Shown here piece by piece: positions 25,941-35,828 of a stretch of DNA of 64,000 bases. The notes below the pieces were generated by a model. That model saw only the letters and a list, made by a program, of their open reading frames with translations. It ran no database searches and was not told the origin of the DNA. The DNA is from Bacteroidota bacterium. GTDB taxonomy: Bacteria > Bacteroidota > Bacteroidia > Sphingobacteriales > Sphingobacteriaceae. Location: the NCBI GenBank assembly GCA_026224775.1, contig JAMFRP010000030.1, positions 10,013-74,012 of the forward strand. The letters run 5' to 3'. The position numbers were made by a program, and so were the translations under genes. How positions within the stretch are numbered: position 1 is the stretch's first letter; every line of letters begins with the position of its first letter.

Positions 25941-26891
25941 ATGACAAAATTAATAAATGGGTTACACCATATCACCGCTTTAGCGGGCGACCCTCAAAAA
26001 AATCTGGATTTCTATACCGGTATCTTAGGTCTGAAACTGGTTAAAAAAACCATTAATTTCGATGCGCCGGATACTTATCATTTTTACTATGCCGATGATA
26101 GTGGCAGTCCGGGCACTATTCTCACTTTCTTTCCCTTTAAAGGTATACAACCCGGAAAAAACGGAAAAGGACAATTAACCCAGACCTCATTTTCAATACC
26201 GGAAAATAGCGTCGGTTACTGGCTCGAAAGATTAAAAAAGTATCAGGTTAAACACCAGCAGCCGCAGAACCGCTTTGAAGAGACTTATATTTCGCTGGAA
26301 GATCCTGACGGGCTGGGCATCGAACTTATTGCTACCGCACAGGATCGGAGGCCGGGATTCACCTACGGACATATACCCCTGGAAAATTCAGTCAAAGGCT
26401 TTCACTCTGTTTCTCTTTGCGAGGAAGGTTATGAAAAAACAGCAGGAATACTCACCAATTTACTGGATCACCATTTAGTTGCCGAATCAGGCAACCGCTT
26501 TCGCTATGGCGTTGAAGGAAACGACCTGCAATATGTAGATATTATCTGTATGCCGGATACCCAACGGGGGCTGAGCGGCTCGGGGACGGTACACCATATG
26601 GCGTTTTCCACTGATAACGATCAGACCCAACTTGAAATACGTAAAAAAGTAGAGTCCGCCGGTTTAAATATTTCACCCGTTCTTGATCGTGATTATTTCC
26701 ATTCCATCTACTTCCGCGAGCCCGGTGGCGTTCTGTTTGAGGTAGCTACAATTCCGCCGGGATTCGCTGTCGACGAATCGACTGATCACCTGGGCGAAGA
26801 ACTTAAGCTGCCTTCATGGGTGGAGATTCATCGCGAGGATATCGTTAAGGGGCTTACACCAGTAAGTTTAAATTTAAAAAACTATGAATAA
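25941..26891 (+). CDS. VOC-family ring-cleaving dioxygenase (MhqO/PcpA-like)
   Basis: GLHHITA, KKTINFD, VHHMAF, DRDYFHSIYFREPGGVLFEVAT. Confidence 0.93.
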   Translation: MTKLINGLHHITALAGDPQKNLDFYTGILGLKLVKKTINFDAPDTYHFYYADDSGSPGTILTFFPFKGIQPGKNGKGQLTQTSFSIPENSVGYWLERLKKYQVKHQQPQNRFEETYISLEDPDGLGIELIATAQDRRPGFTYGHIPLENSVKGFHSVSLCEEGYEKTAGILTNLLDHHLVAESGNRFRYGVEGNDLQYVDIICMPDTQRGLSGSGTVHHMAFSTDNDQTQLEIRKKVESAGLNISPVLDRDYFHSIYFREPGGVLFEVATIPPGFAVDESTDHLGEELKLPSWVEIHREDIVKGLTPVSLNLKNYE

Positions 26892-27519
26892 TTACGAGCA
26901 AATATTCTTTTCCGGGAAAAGATTTCCGGAAAGCAATCAAGCGATCGTTATGGTCCACGGGCGCGGGGGTACCGGAGAAGATATAATGAATTCCCTATCC
27001 AAAGCTTTACACCTTAACGATTTTTATATTGTCGCTCCGGATGCCGAGCATCAATCCTGGTACCCCTATAGTTTCTTGGAGCCAAAAAGTAAAAATGAAC
27101 CATATCTAACCAATTCACTAAACTTATTAAAAGATATCGTTGATAATCTAGTAAAAACAGGATACCCGACCGAGGCTATTTATCTGCTTGGGTTTTCACA
27201 GGGGGCCTGCCTGACGCTGGAATTTGCCGCTCAGCACGCGCGACGATACGGTGGTGTATTTGCATTGAGTGGCGGACTGATCGGTGACGAGCTCAACGTT
27301 TCGGACTATACCGGAAACTTCGAAGGCACGCCGGTATTCCTGGGCTGCAGCGACATTGACAGTCACATTCCACTGGGTCGGGTTAAAGACTCAACGGAGC
27401 TTCTTTTGGATAGGGGTGCGACAGTTTATGAGAAGATATATCCGGGAATGGGACACACGATCAATCAGGATGAAATCAAAATGGTGACCGAACTGATTAA
27501 GTACGGAAGGATTCAATAA
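26884..27519 (+). CDS. Phospholipase/carboxylesterase (MhqD-like alpha/beta hydrolase)
   Basis: HGRGG, GFSQG, DSHIP, GMGH; overlaps the dioxygenase stop. Confidence 0.9.
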   Translation: MNNYEQIFFSGKRFPESNQAIVMVHGRGGTGEDIMNSLSKALHLNDFYIVAPDAEHQSWYPYSFLEPKSKNEPYLTNSLNLLKDIVDNLVKTGYPTEAIYLLGFSQGACLTLEFAAQHARRYGGVFALSGGLIGDELNVSDYTGNFEGTPVFLGCSDIDSHIPLGRVKDSTELLLDRGATVYEKIYPGMGHTINQDEIKMVTELIKYGRIQ

Positions 27520-27562
27520 CTTTGTAAACAGCACCATTAAGATTTTTTTAGCCATTTTCAGG

Positions 27563-27604
27563 GCCTCATTAGCTGCCAAATAGTTTTTCGAAGGCTAATG
27601 AGGC
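27563..27604. terminator. Intergenic hairpin
   Basis: GCCTCATTAGC / GCTAATGAGGC 11-bp arms with a 20-nt loop. Confidence 0.45.
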
Positions 27605-27652
27605 TTCGATAAAATAGACCGTGGTAAACAGTTCAATTAAGTTAATCAACAC

Positions 27653-28156
27653 ATGACAAATAACAATAGCATGAGCCTCTATTTGAGCAGCATAAAAAGG
27701 CGCTTTCAAATTGAAAAGGATCTGGCCGAAAAGACTTTTGACCAGCTTGATAATGATGACTTATTTTGGCAATTTAATGAAGAAAGCAATAGTATCGCCA
27801 TCATTATCCAACACCTGTGGGGTAATATGCTATCGCGCTGGACAGACTTTTTAACCAGCGACGGCGAAAAGCCATGGCGGCAGCGGGATGCAGAATTTGA
27901 GTCCGTTATCCAAACTAAAGCACAACTGCTGGAAAAATGGTCGGCAGGATGGAAATGCCTGTTTGACTCCTTCAACCTGGTTGTTGAAGAAGATTTACCG
28001 AAAGAAATTCTTATTCGGAGCGAGCCGCATACGGTATTGGATGCCATCAACAGGCAATTGGTCCATGTTTCCTACCATGTCGGGCAGATCGTAATGTTGG
28101 GTAAAATGCGAGCCGGGAGTAACTGGAAAGCACTGACCATTCCAAAAGCCAAATAG
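27653..28156 (+). CDS. DUF1572 (DinB-like) protein
   Basis: NSIAIIIQHLWGNMLSRWTDFLTSDGEK.WR.RDAEF..H..YHVGQIV. Confidence 0.92.
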   Translation: MTNNNSMSLYLSSIKRRFQIEKDLAEKTFDQLDNDDLFWQFNEESNSIAIIIQHLWGNMLSRWTDFLTSDGEKPWRQRDAEFESVIQTKAQLLEKWSAGWKCLFDSFNLVVEEDLPKEILIRSEPHTVLDAINRQLVHVSYHVGQIVMLGKMRAGSNWKALTIPKAK

Positions 28157-28385
28157 TATACCCGTTGCAGCTGAAAAATACAAATCTAAAAATCATCAAA
28201 CAATTTCAGCACAAAAACGAATAACCTGTCACCTCTGATTATTTTTTCCCCATCAGTGGCTTCTTCCACCCTATCAATGTCATTACGGTGAGTGACCTTC
28301 CATTATGCATGCTGAATCCCCAATAAAAAGTACAGGAAGAAAATCCATATGCAATTCTGACCTGATATCTTGAGTGTAAAGACAC

Positions 28386-29669
28386 CTAAGCTGACTTTTG
28401 TTCAGGCAAAAGAATAGGCGCACTGCAGGCAACCCAGGCTGCAGGTTCTGACGATGGTTCTTCCATTGGAAAAAACACCAAAATTGCCGAAAATAACACC
28501 ATTGCAATACCTGAAACGGTCAGTACAGCAATTGAGCCAGTCTTAAGAGACAAGTATCCCCAAAACGCACTTGACAGGGCAAGTGATCCCTGAAAGACGG
28601 TAACATTGGTAGCCAGAAATCTGCCTTTCAGTTCTTTTGGGGAATACAATTGTGCCAGTATGTTCAGGGTTGAGGTCGCCCATATCCACCCGATTCCGAT
28701 AATGAACATCAATATATCAATAATCAGAACGCTGTTAATCTGACTGAGGATAATCATAGAAAGACCAACTAATGTGCAACTCCCCCAAACAACTTTATAG
28801 GATAAAAAAAAAGTGGTCACATTTTTATAAAACAAACTCCCTGTTAAAGCGCCTATACCGAGACTGACCCATAAACCGGTATAAGCTTTGCTGCTCTGAT
28901 GCCATTCATATTTTGATAAATGTGGAAGTATAGCGAATATAACACTGACAAAACAGGTAAAGGAGACGGTGCGCAATAGGAGGCTTTTGAAATTAGCCGA
29001 ACGACTGACTGCCTTTAAGCCTTCGGTAAAAGCTGATTTGAAAGGCTGTGGTTTTACTGCCATTCTAACGTTGTGCCAATTATACAAACCGACTACAAGA
29101 GCCAGGAAAGACACTGCATTGAATAAAAATATCGATTGGATACCACCATAAACCAGTAGTACGCCACCCAGTGCCGGGCCTACCGCCCTCGCCAGATTAA
29201 AATTGACCCCGTTCAAAGCGATAGCCTCTTTCATATTGTCCGCAGAAACGATTTCCGGAGTAATGGCCTGCCAAACGGGAACGGAAAAAGCGGAGCCCAG
29301 GCCGACGATGAAGCTAAAGACAATCAGGACAGTAATATTTAACAGGTGGATTTGTGTCAGTACAGAAAGTATAGCCAGCGCGACAAAAAGAAATAGCTGC
29401 AGGTATATCAACCACTTTCTCCTGTCTGTATAATCAGAAATAACGCCTGCCGGATAACTGCAAACCAAGGCGGGAAACGATGCCGCGACCGGGATGAGGG
29501 CGATCATTAGCGGCGAGGCTGACATGGTTGCTGCTACCCAGCTTACACCGATATTTTGCATCCATGTCCCAATATTGGATATGAATGAGCCAATCCATAA
29601 AGACCGGAAAATTTTCTCTTTGAATGGTGCAAATGAACTGTTTAACGGCGATTGTATAGTTGGTTTCAT
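28386..29669 (-). CDS. MFS transporter (DUF894/MFS_3-like)
   Basis: FRSLWIGSFISNIGTWMQ, PVWQAITPEIV, AIALNGVNFNLARAVGPALGG. Confidence 0.92.
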   Translation of the reverse strand: MKPTIQSPLNSSFAPFKEKIFRSLWIGSFISNIGTWMQNIGVSWVAATMSASPLMIALIPVAASFPALVCSYPAGVISDYTDRRKWLIYLQLFLFVALAILSVLTQIHLLNITVLIVFSFIVGLGSAFSVPVWQAITPEIVSADNMKEAIALNGVNFNLARAVGPALGGVLLVYGGIQSIFLFNAVSFLALVVGLYNWHNVRMAVKPQPFKSAFTEGLKAVSRSANFKSLLLRTVSFTCFVSVIFAILPHLSKYEWHQSSKAYTGLWVSLGIGALTGSLFYKNVTTFFLSYKVVWGSCTLVGLSMIILSQINSVLIIDILMFIIGIGWIWATSTLNILAQLYSPKELKGRFLATNVTVFQGSLALSSAFWGYLSLKTGSIAVLTVSGIAMVLFSAILVFFPMEEPSSEPAAWVACSAPILLPEQKSA

Positions 29670-29723
29670 GCCTAAATATAGTTACAGTTTATTGTAGATG
29701 ATCACTGATTCGTTTATAAAGAA

Positions 29724-29760
29724 GAAGCAGAAGTGAGCCAAACCTGGTTACTTCTGCTTC
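29724..29760 (-). terminator. Hairpin terminator after the alpha/beta hydrolase
   Basis: GAAGCAGAAGT / ACTTCTGCTTC 11-bp arms. Confidence 0.6.
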
Positions 29761-29815
29761 ACACAGCATAAGGCAACGAGTGATTAAATGGCCTTATGCA
29801 TTTCCGGGTGATTAT

Positions 29816-30595
29816 TTAGTTGTTTTTAGCTGCGTCTTCAATGACGGCAACTACCGCTTTAGGATCATCCATAAATAAAGTATGGCCTCCCTTGATCACC
29901 GTTACTTTCGCATTTGCCCTTTTATACATCATATCTTCCAAAGTGGGACTAATCGTGCCGTCATTTGAGGGTTTTATTGCATATACCGGCTTATTTTTCC
30001 AGGCGGCAATTGTTACTTTATCGGTAAAGGATTTTACGGTATATGGTATTTGAGACGCATACATGAATTCCGATTTTTCTTTTGTTTGGCCTGGCGTAAA
30101 GGTCTGTTGAAAAGTTGCTTCGGCTAGATAAACATTTCCTTTGGCATCTGGATTGAGAATCCCTTGTACCGGAAGTGGCTTGGCGTGGGAAGCCAGGTCT
30201 AGCGTTGATTCACCTGAATCCGGAATAAAAGCGCAAACATATACCAGGGCTTTTACTTGTGGCTCGTTCCCTGACTGGGTGATGACAGTACCTCCCCATG
30301 AATGGCCAACTAAAAGAACAGGGCCATCCATTCGCTCAATAGCCGCATTTGTCGCCGCGGTATCATCTGCAAGTGAAATCGTCGGGTTTTGTACCAACGT
30401 TACTTTATAGCCGTCTTTGGTCAGAATATCGTAAACTGGTTCCCATCCGGAAGCGTCGGCGAAAGAGCCGTGTACAATGACAATGTTTTTAATACCCTTC
30501 GGTGTTTGCGCCGATACCGGTAAAGTAAGTGCAATAAAACCGAATACGGCTATCACTCCTGTCGCGACTTTACTTAAAATAGATTTTGTTTTCAT
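29816..30595 (-). CDS. Exported alpha/beta hydrolase (Abhydrolase_6 type)
   Basis: Signal peptide; IVIVHGSFAD; VGHSWGG; GGHTLF; likely start ATG 30595. Confidence 0.9.
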   Translation of the reverse strand: MKTKSILSKVATGVIAVFGFIALTLPVSAQTPKGIKNIVIVHGSFADASGWEPVYDILTKDGYKVTLVQNPTISLADDTAATNAAIERMDGPVLLVGHSWGGTVITQSGNEPQVKALVYVCAFIPDSGESTLDLASHAKPLPVQGILNPDAKGNVYLAEATFQQTFTPGQTKEKSEFMYASQIPYTVKSFTDKVTIAAWKNKPVYAIKPSNDGTISPTLEDMMYKRANAKVTVIKGGHTLFMDDPKAVVAVIEDAAKNN

Positions 30596-30632
30596 TTTGT
30601 TTATTTTAATGTTTTGATATGCCAGGGTTAAA

Positions 30633-30726
30633 GCAAAGAAACACCCAAAAATTAAAACACTGAAATACAAACAAATACAATCAACCATCAGGCATTGCAC
30701 TATCTGTATTTCGCTAATTCATTAAG
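30633..30726 (-). promoter_or_regulatory. Enhancer + sigma54 promoter module for the hydrolase
   Basis: TGGGTGTTTCTTTGC on minus (30633-30647, GG-N10-GC); TTTCG-CTAATTCA-TTAAG (30709-30726); spacer 61 nt. Confidence 0.55.
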
Positions 30727-30779
30727 AAAGCAGATGAAATTATGATTTACCTACGACAGTATTTACCCCGGACGATCAT

Positions 30780-32864
30780 CTATTCAGACTTGCCCTGATA
30801 AACGGTAACGGCTTTTTGTATACCGAGTTTCTTTATCCGGGAATTCAGGGTAGAATAATGGATATCCAGGAGTTCAGCGGCCCCTCCGCTACCGTAGACT
30901 TTGCCATTGGTCTTTTTCAGAACAGACAGGATATGATCACGTTCGTTCTCATCAATGGTTTTTATTTTTTCATTTCGGGCAAACTCACTCAATTTCCTGC
31001 TCACAAAGCGAATGTCTACATGGCTTATATTATTGCCTTTAGTAAGCAATACGCTTCTTTCCATCAGATGCTCCAGTTCGCGCACGTTTCCGGGCCAGTC
31101 GTAACGCATCATTTTCTCCATGACGCCATCGGAGATACTTTCGATTTTTTTTCCAGCCAGCTTTGCAAATCTTAAAACAAATTGTTTTGCTAACACCGGA
31201 ATATCTGATTTTCTTTCTCTCAACGGCGGAACGGTAATCGGAAAAACGTTCAGCCGGTAATACAAATCCTCCCTGAACTTTCCTTCCTTTATTTCTTTTA
31301 ACAAATTCCGGTTAGTAGCGGCTATGATACGCACGTTTACATTAATACTGGCCTTGCCACCCACACGTTCTATCGTCTTTTCCTGAATTGCGCGTAGGAC
31401 CTTTACCTGTGATTCCAGTGGCATCTCTCCTATTTCATCTAAAAATAAGGTGCCGTTATGTGCGAGTTCAAATTTGCCGATGTGCCGTTCAGTCGCCCCG
31501 GTAAAACTCCCACGCTCATGTCCGAAGAGTTCACTCTCAATTAAGTGAACCGGTAAGGCCGCGCAATTTACCTTAACCATAATATTTCCGTTTCTTGGCG
31601 ACGCGTTATGGATAGCCCTCGCTGTTAATTCCTTGCCTGTCCCGGTTTCCCCGAGGATTAATACAGTGCTTCCGGATGGAGCAACCTGTTGGATTAACAA
31701 ATTTAAATGACCGATAGACTTACTCGCCCCAGTAATTTCATTGCTATTGTGCTTTTCGTCAATCTCTTTCAGCAGATATGAATTTTCTACCAACAACAAT
31801 TGTTTATACGCCTTCAGTTCATTCAATTGTTCAGTTAATTGTTCAATCTCAATGATATTCCAGAATGACTTCGACAACGCAGTCCCCAACTTTTTTATAA
31901 ACTCAGTATGGCCGCTCGCCGGGATTTCGTCAGGTTTCAGATAAATCCAAAGTATCGCCATGGTTTCGCCCTCACGTTGAAGCGGAAATGCAGCAACCGT
32001 TTTCATGCCGTTATTCTTATAATAGGACATATGCGCCGGAATGTCGTATTTAGTACTGAGTTCATTCAGATCAAAAAAAAGAACATCACCCGTTGCGATT
32101 ATCCCAGGGGCCAGTCTTTTGTTAAATTTATTCCGGGAAGCGGGTAATTTCCCTCCATCCAAAGTCTCAAATAATGCATAATTTCTAATGCTATGAATTA
32201 CCGATGGTATTGTCTCCGGGAGATCACCAATCGTAGTAATAAAAAACTCACCCCGTAATGGACTGGTTGATAAAACTTCGTCAATCACACTGACCAAACC
32301 TGAAATCGACCGGATGGCAATCATCTTAATATAAAACTCCGATAACAGTTTGTCCAGCCTGTTTTGTTCCTCTTCGTCGCCGGATTGCTTTTGCAGCCAG
32401 ATGTTCCGGTGGCCGCGCAAAAAACTGTTTAGTGCAAGCTTAAAAACTTCGGTATAATGCGGCAGCCATTCCGGCACTCGTTGCCCCGTTTCCGTTATTC
32501 CCCAATCGATAAATACTATACCAATTCTTTCATTTTCCAGTTTAAATGCACGGGTAAAATTCTCCTGCTGTGATTTAAACAGAGATACTGGAGGTACATT
32601 GTTAACTGCTTGCCCGGCGCGTCCGTCCTGCTGCTGTAAAAGTGTGATGGCATAATTATGTATCTCCCCGATCAGCAATGGCTGAAAAGAGGTTATAACC
32701 TCATGTTTAAATGACAGTATTGCTTTGTTCCTTAGAATAATGGACGATATAAGTGAGCCGCCATCTTCAAAAATATAAAGCCTGCCCGAATCAAAAACAA
32801 GCCCCATTGAAATCATAACGGATAGACTGGAATGTAGTTCGGAAAATTGCTTGGGGTCACTCAT
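30780..32864 (-). CDS. Sigma54 enhancer-binding protein (GAF-like + AAA+ + Fis HTH)
   Basis: GETGTGKE; [15 protein letters not shown]; FLDEIGE; WPGNVREL; [22 protein letters not shown]; likely start ATG 32864. Confidence 0.93.
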   Translation of the reverse strand: MSDPKQFSELHSSLSVMISMGLVFDSGRLYIFEDGGSLISSIILRNKAILSFKHEVITSFQPLLIGEIHNYAITLLQQQDGRAGQAVNNVPPVSLFKSQQENFTRAFKLENERIGIVFIDWGITETGQRVPEWLPHYTEVFKLALNSFLRGHRNIWLQKQSGDEEEQNRLDKLLSEFYIKMIAIRSISGLVSVIDEVLSTSPLRGEFFITTIGDLPETIPSVIHSIRNYALFETLDGGKLPASRNKFNKRLAPGIIATGDVLFFDLNELSTKYDIPAHMSYYKNNGMKTVAAFPLQREGETMAILWIYLKPDEIPASGHTEFIKKLGTALSKSFWNIIEIEQLTEQLNELKAYKQLLLVENSYLLKEIDEKHNSNEITGASKSIGHLNLLIQQVAPSGSTVLILGETGTGKELTARAIHNASPRNGNIMVKVNCAALPVHLIESELFGHERGSFTGATERHIGKFELAHNGTLFLDEIGEMPLESQVKVLRAIQEKTIERVGGKASINVNVRIIAATNRNLLKEIKEGKFREDLYYRLNVFPITVPPLRERKSDIPVLAKQFVLRFAKLAGKKIESISDGVMEKMMRYDWPGNVRELEHLMERSVLLTKGNNISHVDIRFVSRKLSEFARNEKIKTIDENERDHILSVLKKTNGKVYGSGGAAELLDIHYSTLNSRIKKLGIQKAVTVYQGKSE

Positions 32865-32918
32865 CGGATGAATATGGCGACCCAACCTATTTTTAATTAA
32901 ACCCGGATCAAACGAAAT

Positions 32919-33011
32919 TTAACACAATTTTCGAAATATCGATAATTAAATCAAGAGACACTGACTTAACTAATTGATTATCAATTAGTTTTTTATGGTT
33001 TAATAATTGCA
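32919..33011 (+). promoter_or_regulatory. Control region between divergent bEBP genes
   Basis: Half-site ..ACAATTTT-CGAAA (32919-32936); 23-bp palindrome AACTAATTGATTATCAATTAGTT (32968-32990); TGGTTTAATAATTGCA (32996-33011, GG-N10-GC), 22 nt before ATG 33034. Confidence 0.6.
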
Positions 33012-33033
33012 TACCCAATAGCAAACCACCGCT

Positions 33034-35709
33034 ATGGACGCAACTATACCTTATACAGTTGAAACTCAAAAAAAGCTCGTCAAAGCTGACGAGGAAAGAT
33101 CCATATTGCTATCCATCAGCAAAGAAGTGGCGGCAGTGAAAAATCAAGCTGATCTGTTTCCTATCATCAACAATACATTGAAGAAGCTTTTTTCATACGA
33201 TGACGGGGTTATTTGTATTGTCAACAATGACCAAGTTACCCATTCAGCCTACTTATATAATCCGGAAGAGGTGTTTGCAAAATACCCGGGCTGCGAACAA
33301 CTGGCAACCATGAAATTTCCGGTTAATGATGGCATTTATGATGTTATCGTGGCTTCTGAAAAGGTAATTGTCTTTGAACTGGATGAAGTAAAAAAATCCC
33401 CTAATGCATCGGTTTACATCCCGTTTTGGATAGAAAAAGGGATGAAGCAGCTAATTGGTGTACCATTAAAAGCCGGCTCGAATACCATCGGTTCATTTTC
33501 CTTTTACACCAAAAAACGAGACCCCATTCCGGTTGAACAATTCGGGTTATTACACGGCTTATGTTCACAGATCGCCATCGCTATTCAAAATGTGTTGATT
33601 AATGAACAGATCGAGAAAAGGGACTATGAGAAAACCGTCCTCCTGGAAATCGGAAATGACCTTGCTTTTTCCAAAGGCAAGGAGGATCTCCTCGCCGTAA
33701 TTGATGCCAAATTAAAAAAGATAATATCGTTCACCAAAGCAGTAATTGGATTGATAGATTCTACTCAGAATAAAATCACCGTGTTTTACCCCGAATCTTT
33801 TAAGTTAAATGGGCTCCTCCCTCAAAATAAGATTATAAACCGTGATATTTCGATTACCGATGAGTTGCAGTCACAATTGATGGTCACCAATTTTCCTGAA
33901 GTTATCGATCCGGTTATCCCTAACAGCAGTGGTTTTCCGCGTGAATTTATAAAAAGCATATCCATGCAAAACGCCAAAGAAATCGCGATTGTTGCATTAC
34001 GTGGAGAAAATGGACTCATCGGATTTGTCGCCCTCGTCAGTGATAATGAGAATCTGGCAAGAAACGGCGAATTGTCTTTATTGAAAGGAGTAGCAAGCCA
34101 GCTTTCTTCCGCTGCCAGTAATATCTTAGCCAAAGAGGATATTCTTAAAAAAGAACGGGAAAAAACGCTCCTCCTGTCTTTTAGTAACCACATTGCAACG
34201 GTAAGGGACCCTAATGGCCTGAAATTCATCCTCAAAAACTTTCTTAAAAAATTATTTCAAGTAAAAGAATACCTCATAACCATCCGAAATGACGAAAATA
34301 GCTATAGTTATTTTCTGCATGATCTTGATGACGAAGATCCAAACGATGAAGGTTTTAAAATCATTACCGGGTCAAAAATGCCGATAAAAGGTTCTCTTAC
34401 AGGTGCCGTGTTACAGTCGGAAGGACCTGTTGTCTTTAATATAAACAAGCTATTAAGAGAAAAAAAATATTCTTTTCCAGCGTTGTCATTCTGGAAAGCC
34501 GCCGGTGCGGAAAATATACTTGGCATAAGACTGAAGGTTGCTGACGAAGACATCGGTATTTTATGGACTCAACCAGGTCTGGTTAACGAACGCTTACTAA
34601 AAGGTATTTCTGCGCAGATAGCGATCGCCTTAGCCAATGCAATCGCCAATAAAGAAGTAGAGCGTCAATTCAATGAGATCCAGCGGTATAAACAACAACT
34701 ACTGAACGAAAAAAGCTATTTGCAAGAAGAAATTGAGACCAATTATATCCACAGCGAGATGGTCGGTTCTAGCCCGGCAATACAAAAGATCTATGAGCTT
34801 ATGTCGCAGGTTGCCTTTTCCAACAGTACGGTACTTATCCTTGGGGAGACAGGAACAGGAAAAGAGCTTATCGCACGTGCAATCCATAATGGTTCACCCA
34901 GAAAGGATAAAATGATGGTAAAAATCAATTGCGCGGCACTTCCGGTTCATTTAATTGAAAGCGAACTTTTCGGCCATGAAAAAGGCAGTTTCACCGGAGC
35001 CATAGACCAGAAGATAGGAAAGTTTGAACTCGCCCATAACGGCACCTTATTTTTAGATGAAATTGGCGAAATGCCGCTGGATCTGCAGGTAAAATTCCTC
35101 CGCGCCCTACAGGAACGTGAAATTGAAAGAGTTGGCGGTCAGAAAACAATCAAAGTAAATGTAAGAATAATTGCTGCAACCAACCGGAACCTCCAGAAAG
35201 AAGTAACTGAAGGGCGTTTCAGGAGTGATTTATTTTACCGGTTGAATGTATTTCCGATTGTCATGCCTCCGCTGAGAAATCGTCTCGAAGATATTCCGCT
35301 TTTAGCCAGTCATTTTATTAAGCGTTTAGCAAGAAGCACTGGGAAAAACGTGGAAGCGATATCACCAATGGCTTTACAGGACCTGATGGCTTATAACTGG
35401 CCCGGAAACATACGCGAACTGGAACACCTGATAGAACGGTCCTTATTATTAACCACCGGTGACACGATCAAACAGATTCAACTGCCTGTTGGTGACAAAA
35501 AAATAACAATCAATCCATCCGAAGAACCGGTCTACAAAACTATAGATGAAAATGAAAGGGATCATATCATTGCCATATTAAAAAAATGCAGCGGCAAGAT
35601 ATTCGGCACTGGTGGGGCCGCTGAGATTTTGGGCATTCCCCCATCTACGCTGAATTCTAAAATAAGAAAACTTAATATCAAAAAAGATCAGTCCTACAAA
35701 AATGCGTAA
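33034..35709 (+). CDS. Sigma54 enhancer-binding protein with multiple GAF domains (FhlA-like architecture)
   Basis: Three repeated EK..LL.I/S..L/IA coiled-coil/GAF modules; GETGTGKE; [15 protein letters not shown]; WPGNIREL; [22 protein letters not shown]. Confidence 0.93.
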   Translation: MDATIPYTVETQKKLVKADEERSILLSISKEVAAVKNQADLFPIINNTLKKLFSYDDGVICIVNNDQVTHSAYLYNPEEVFAKYPGCEQLATMKFPVNDGIYDVIVASEKVIVFELDEVKKSPNASVYIPFWIEKGMKQLIGVPLKAGSNTIGSFSFYTKKRDPIPVEQFGLLHGLCSQIAIAIQNVLINEQIEKRDYEKTVLLEIGNDLAFSKGKEDLLAVIDAKLKKIISFTKAVIGLIDSTQNKITVFYPESFKLNGLLPQNKIINRDISITDELQSQLMVTNFPEVIDPVIPNSSGFPREFIKSISMQNAKEIAIVALRGENGLIGFVALVSDNENLARNGELSLLKGVASQLSSAASNILAKEDILKKEREKTLLLSFSNHIATVRDPNGLKFILKNFLKKLFQVKEYLITIRNDENSYSYFLHDLDDEDPNDEGFKIITGSKMPIKGSLTGAVLQSEGPVVFNINKLLREKKYSFPALSFWKAAGAENILGIRLKVADEDIGILWTQPGLVNERLLKGISAQIAIALANAIANKEVERQFNEIQRYKQQLLNEKSYLQEEIETNYIHSEMVGSSPAIQKIYELMSQVAFSNSTVLILGETGTGKELIARAIHNGSPRKDKMMVKINCAALPVHLIESELFGHEKGSFTGAIDQKIGKFELAHNGTLFLDEIGEMPLDLQVKFLRALQEREIERVGGQKTIKVNVRIIAATNRNLQKEVTEGRFRSDLFYRLNVFPIVMPPLRNRLEDIPLLASHFIKRLARSTGKNVEAISPMALQDLMAYNWPGNIRELEHLIERSLLLTTGDTIKQIQLPVGDKKITINPSEEPVYKTIDENERDHIIAILKKCSGKIFGTGGAAEILGIPPSTLNSKIRKLNIKKDQSYKNA

Positions 35710-35828
35710 CAAATATAAAACGTTCGAACCTCAAATTTATAAAACCCTACCGATCCTGTCCGTACTTATAATGCCTCAATTGTTTTGTTTTAGCCGAAGC
35801 AACATCACCGCAAAACTAATTTTCATTA

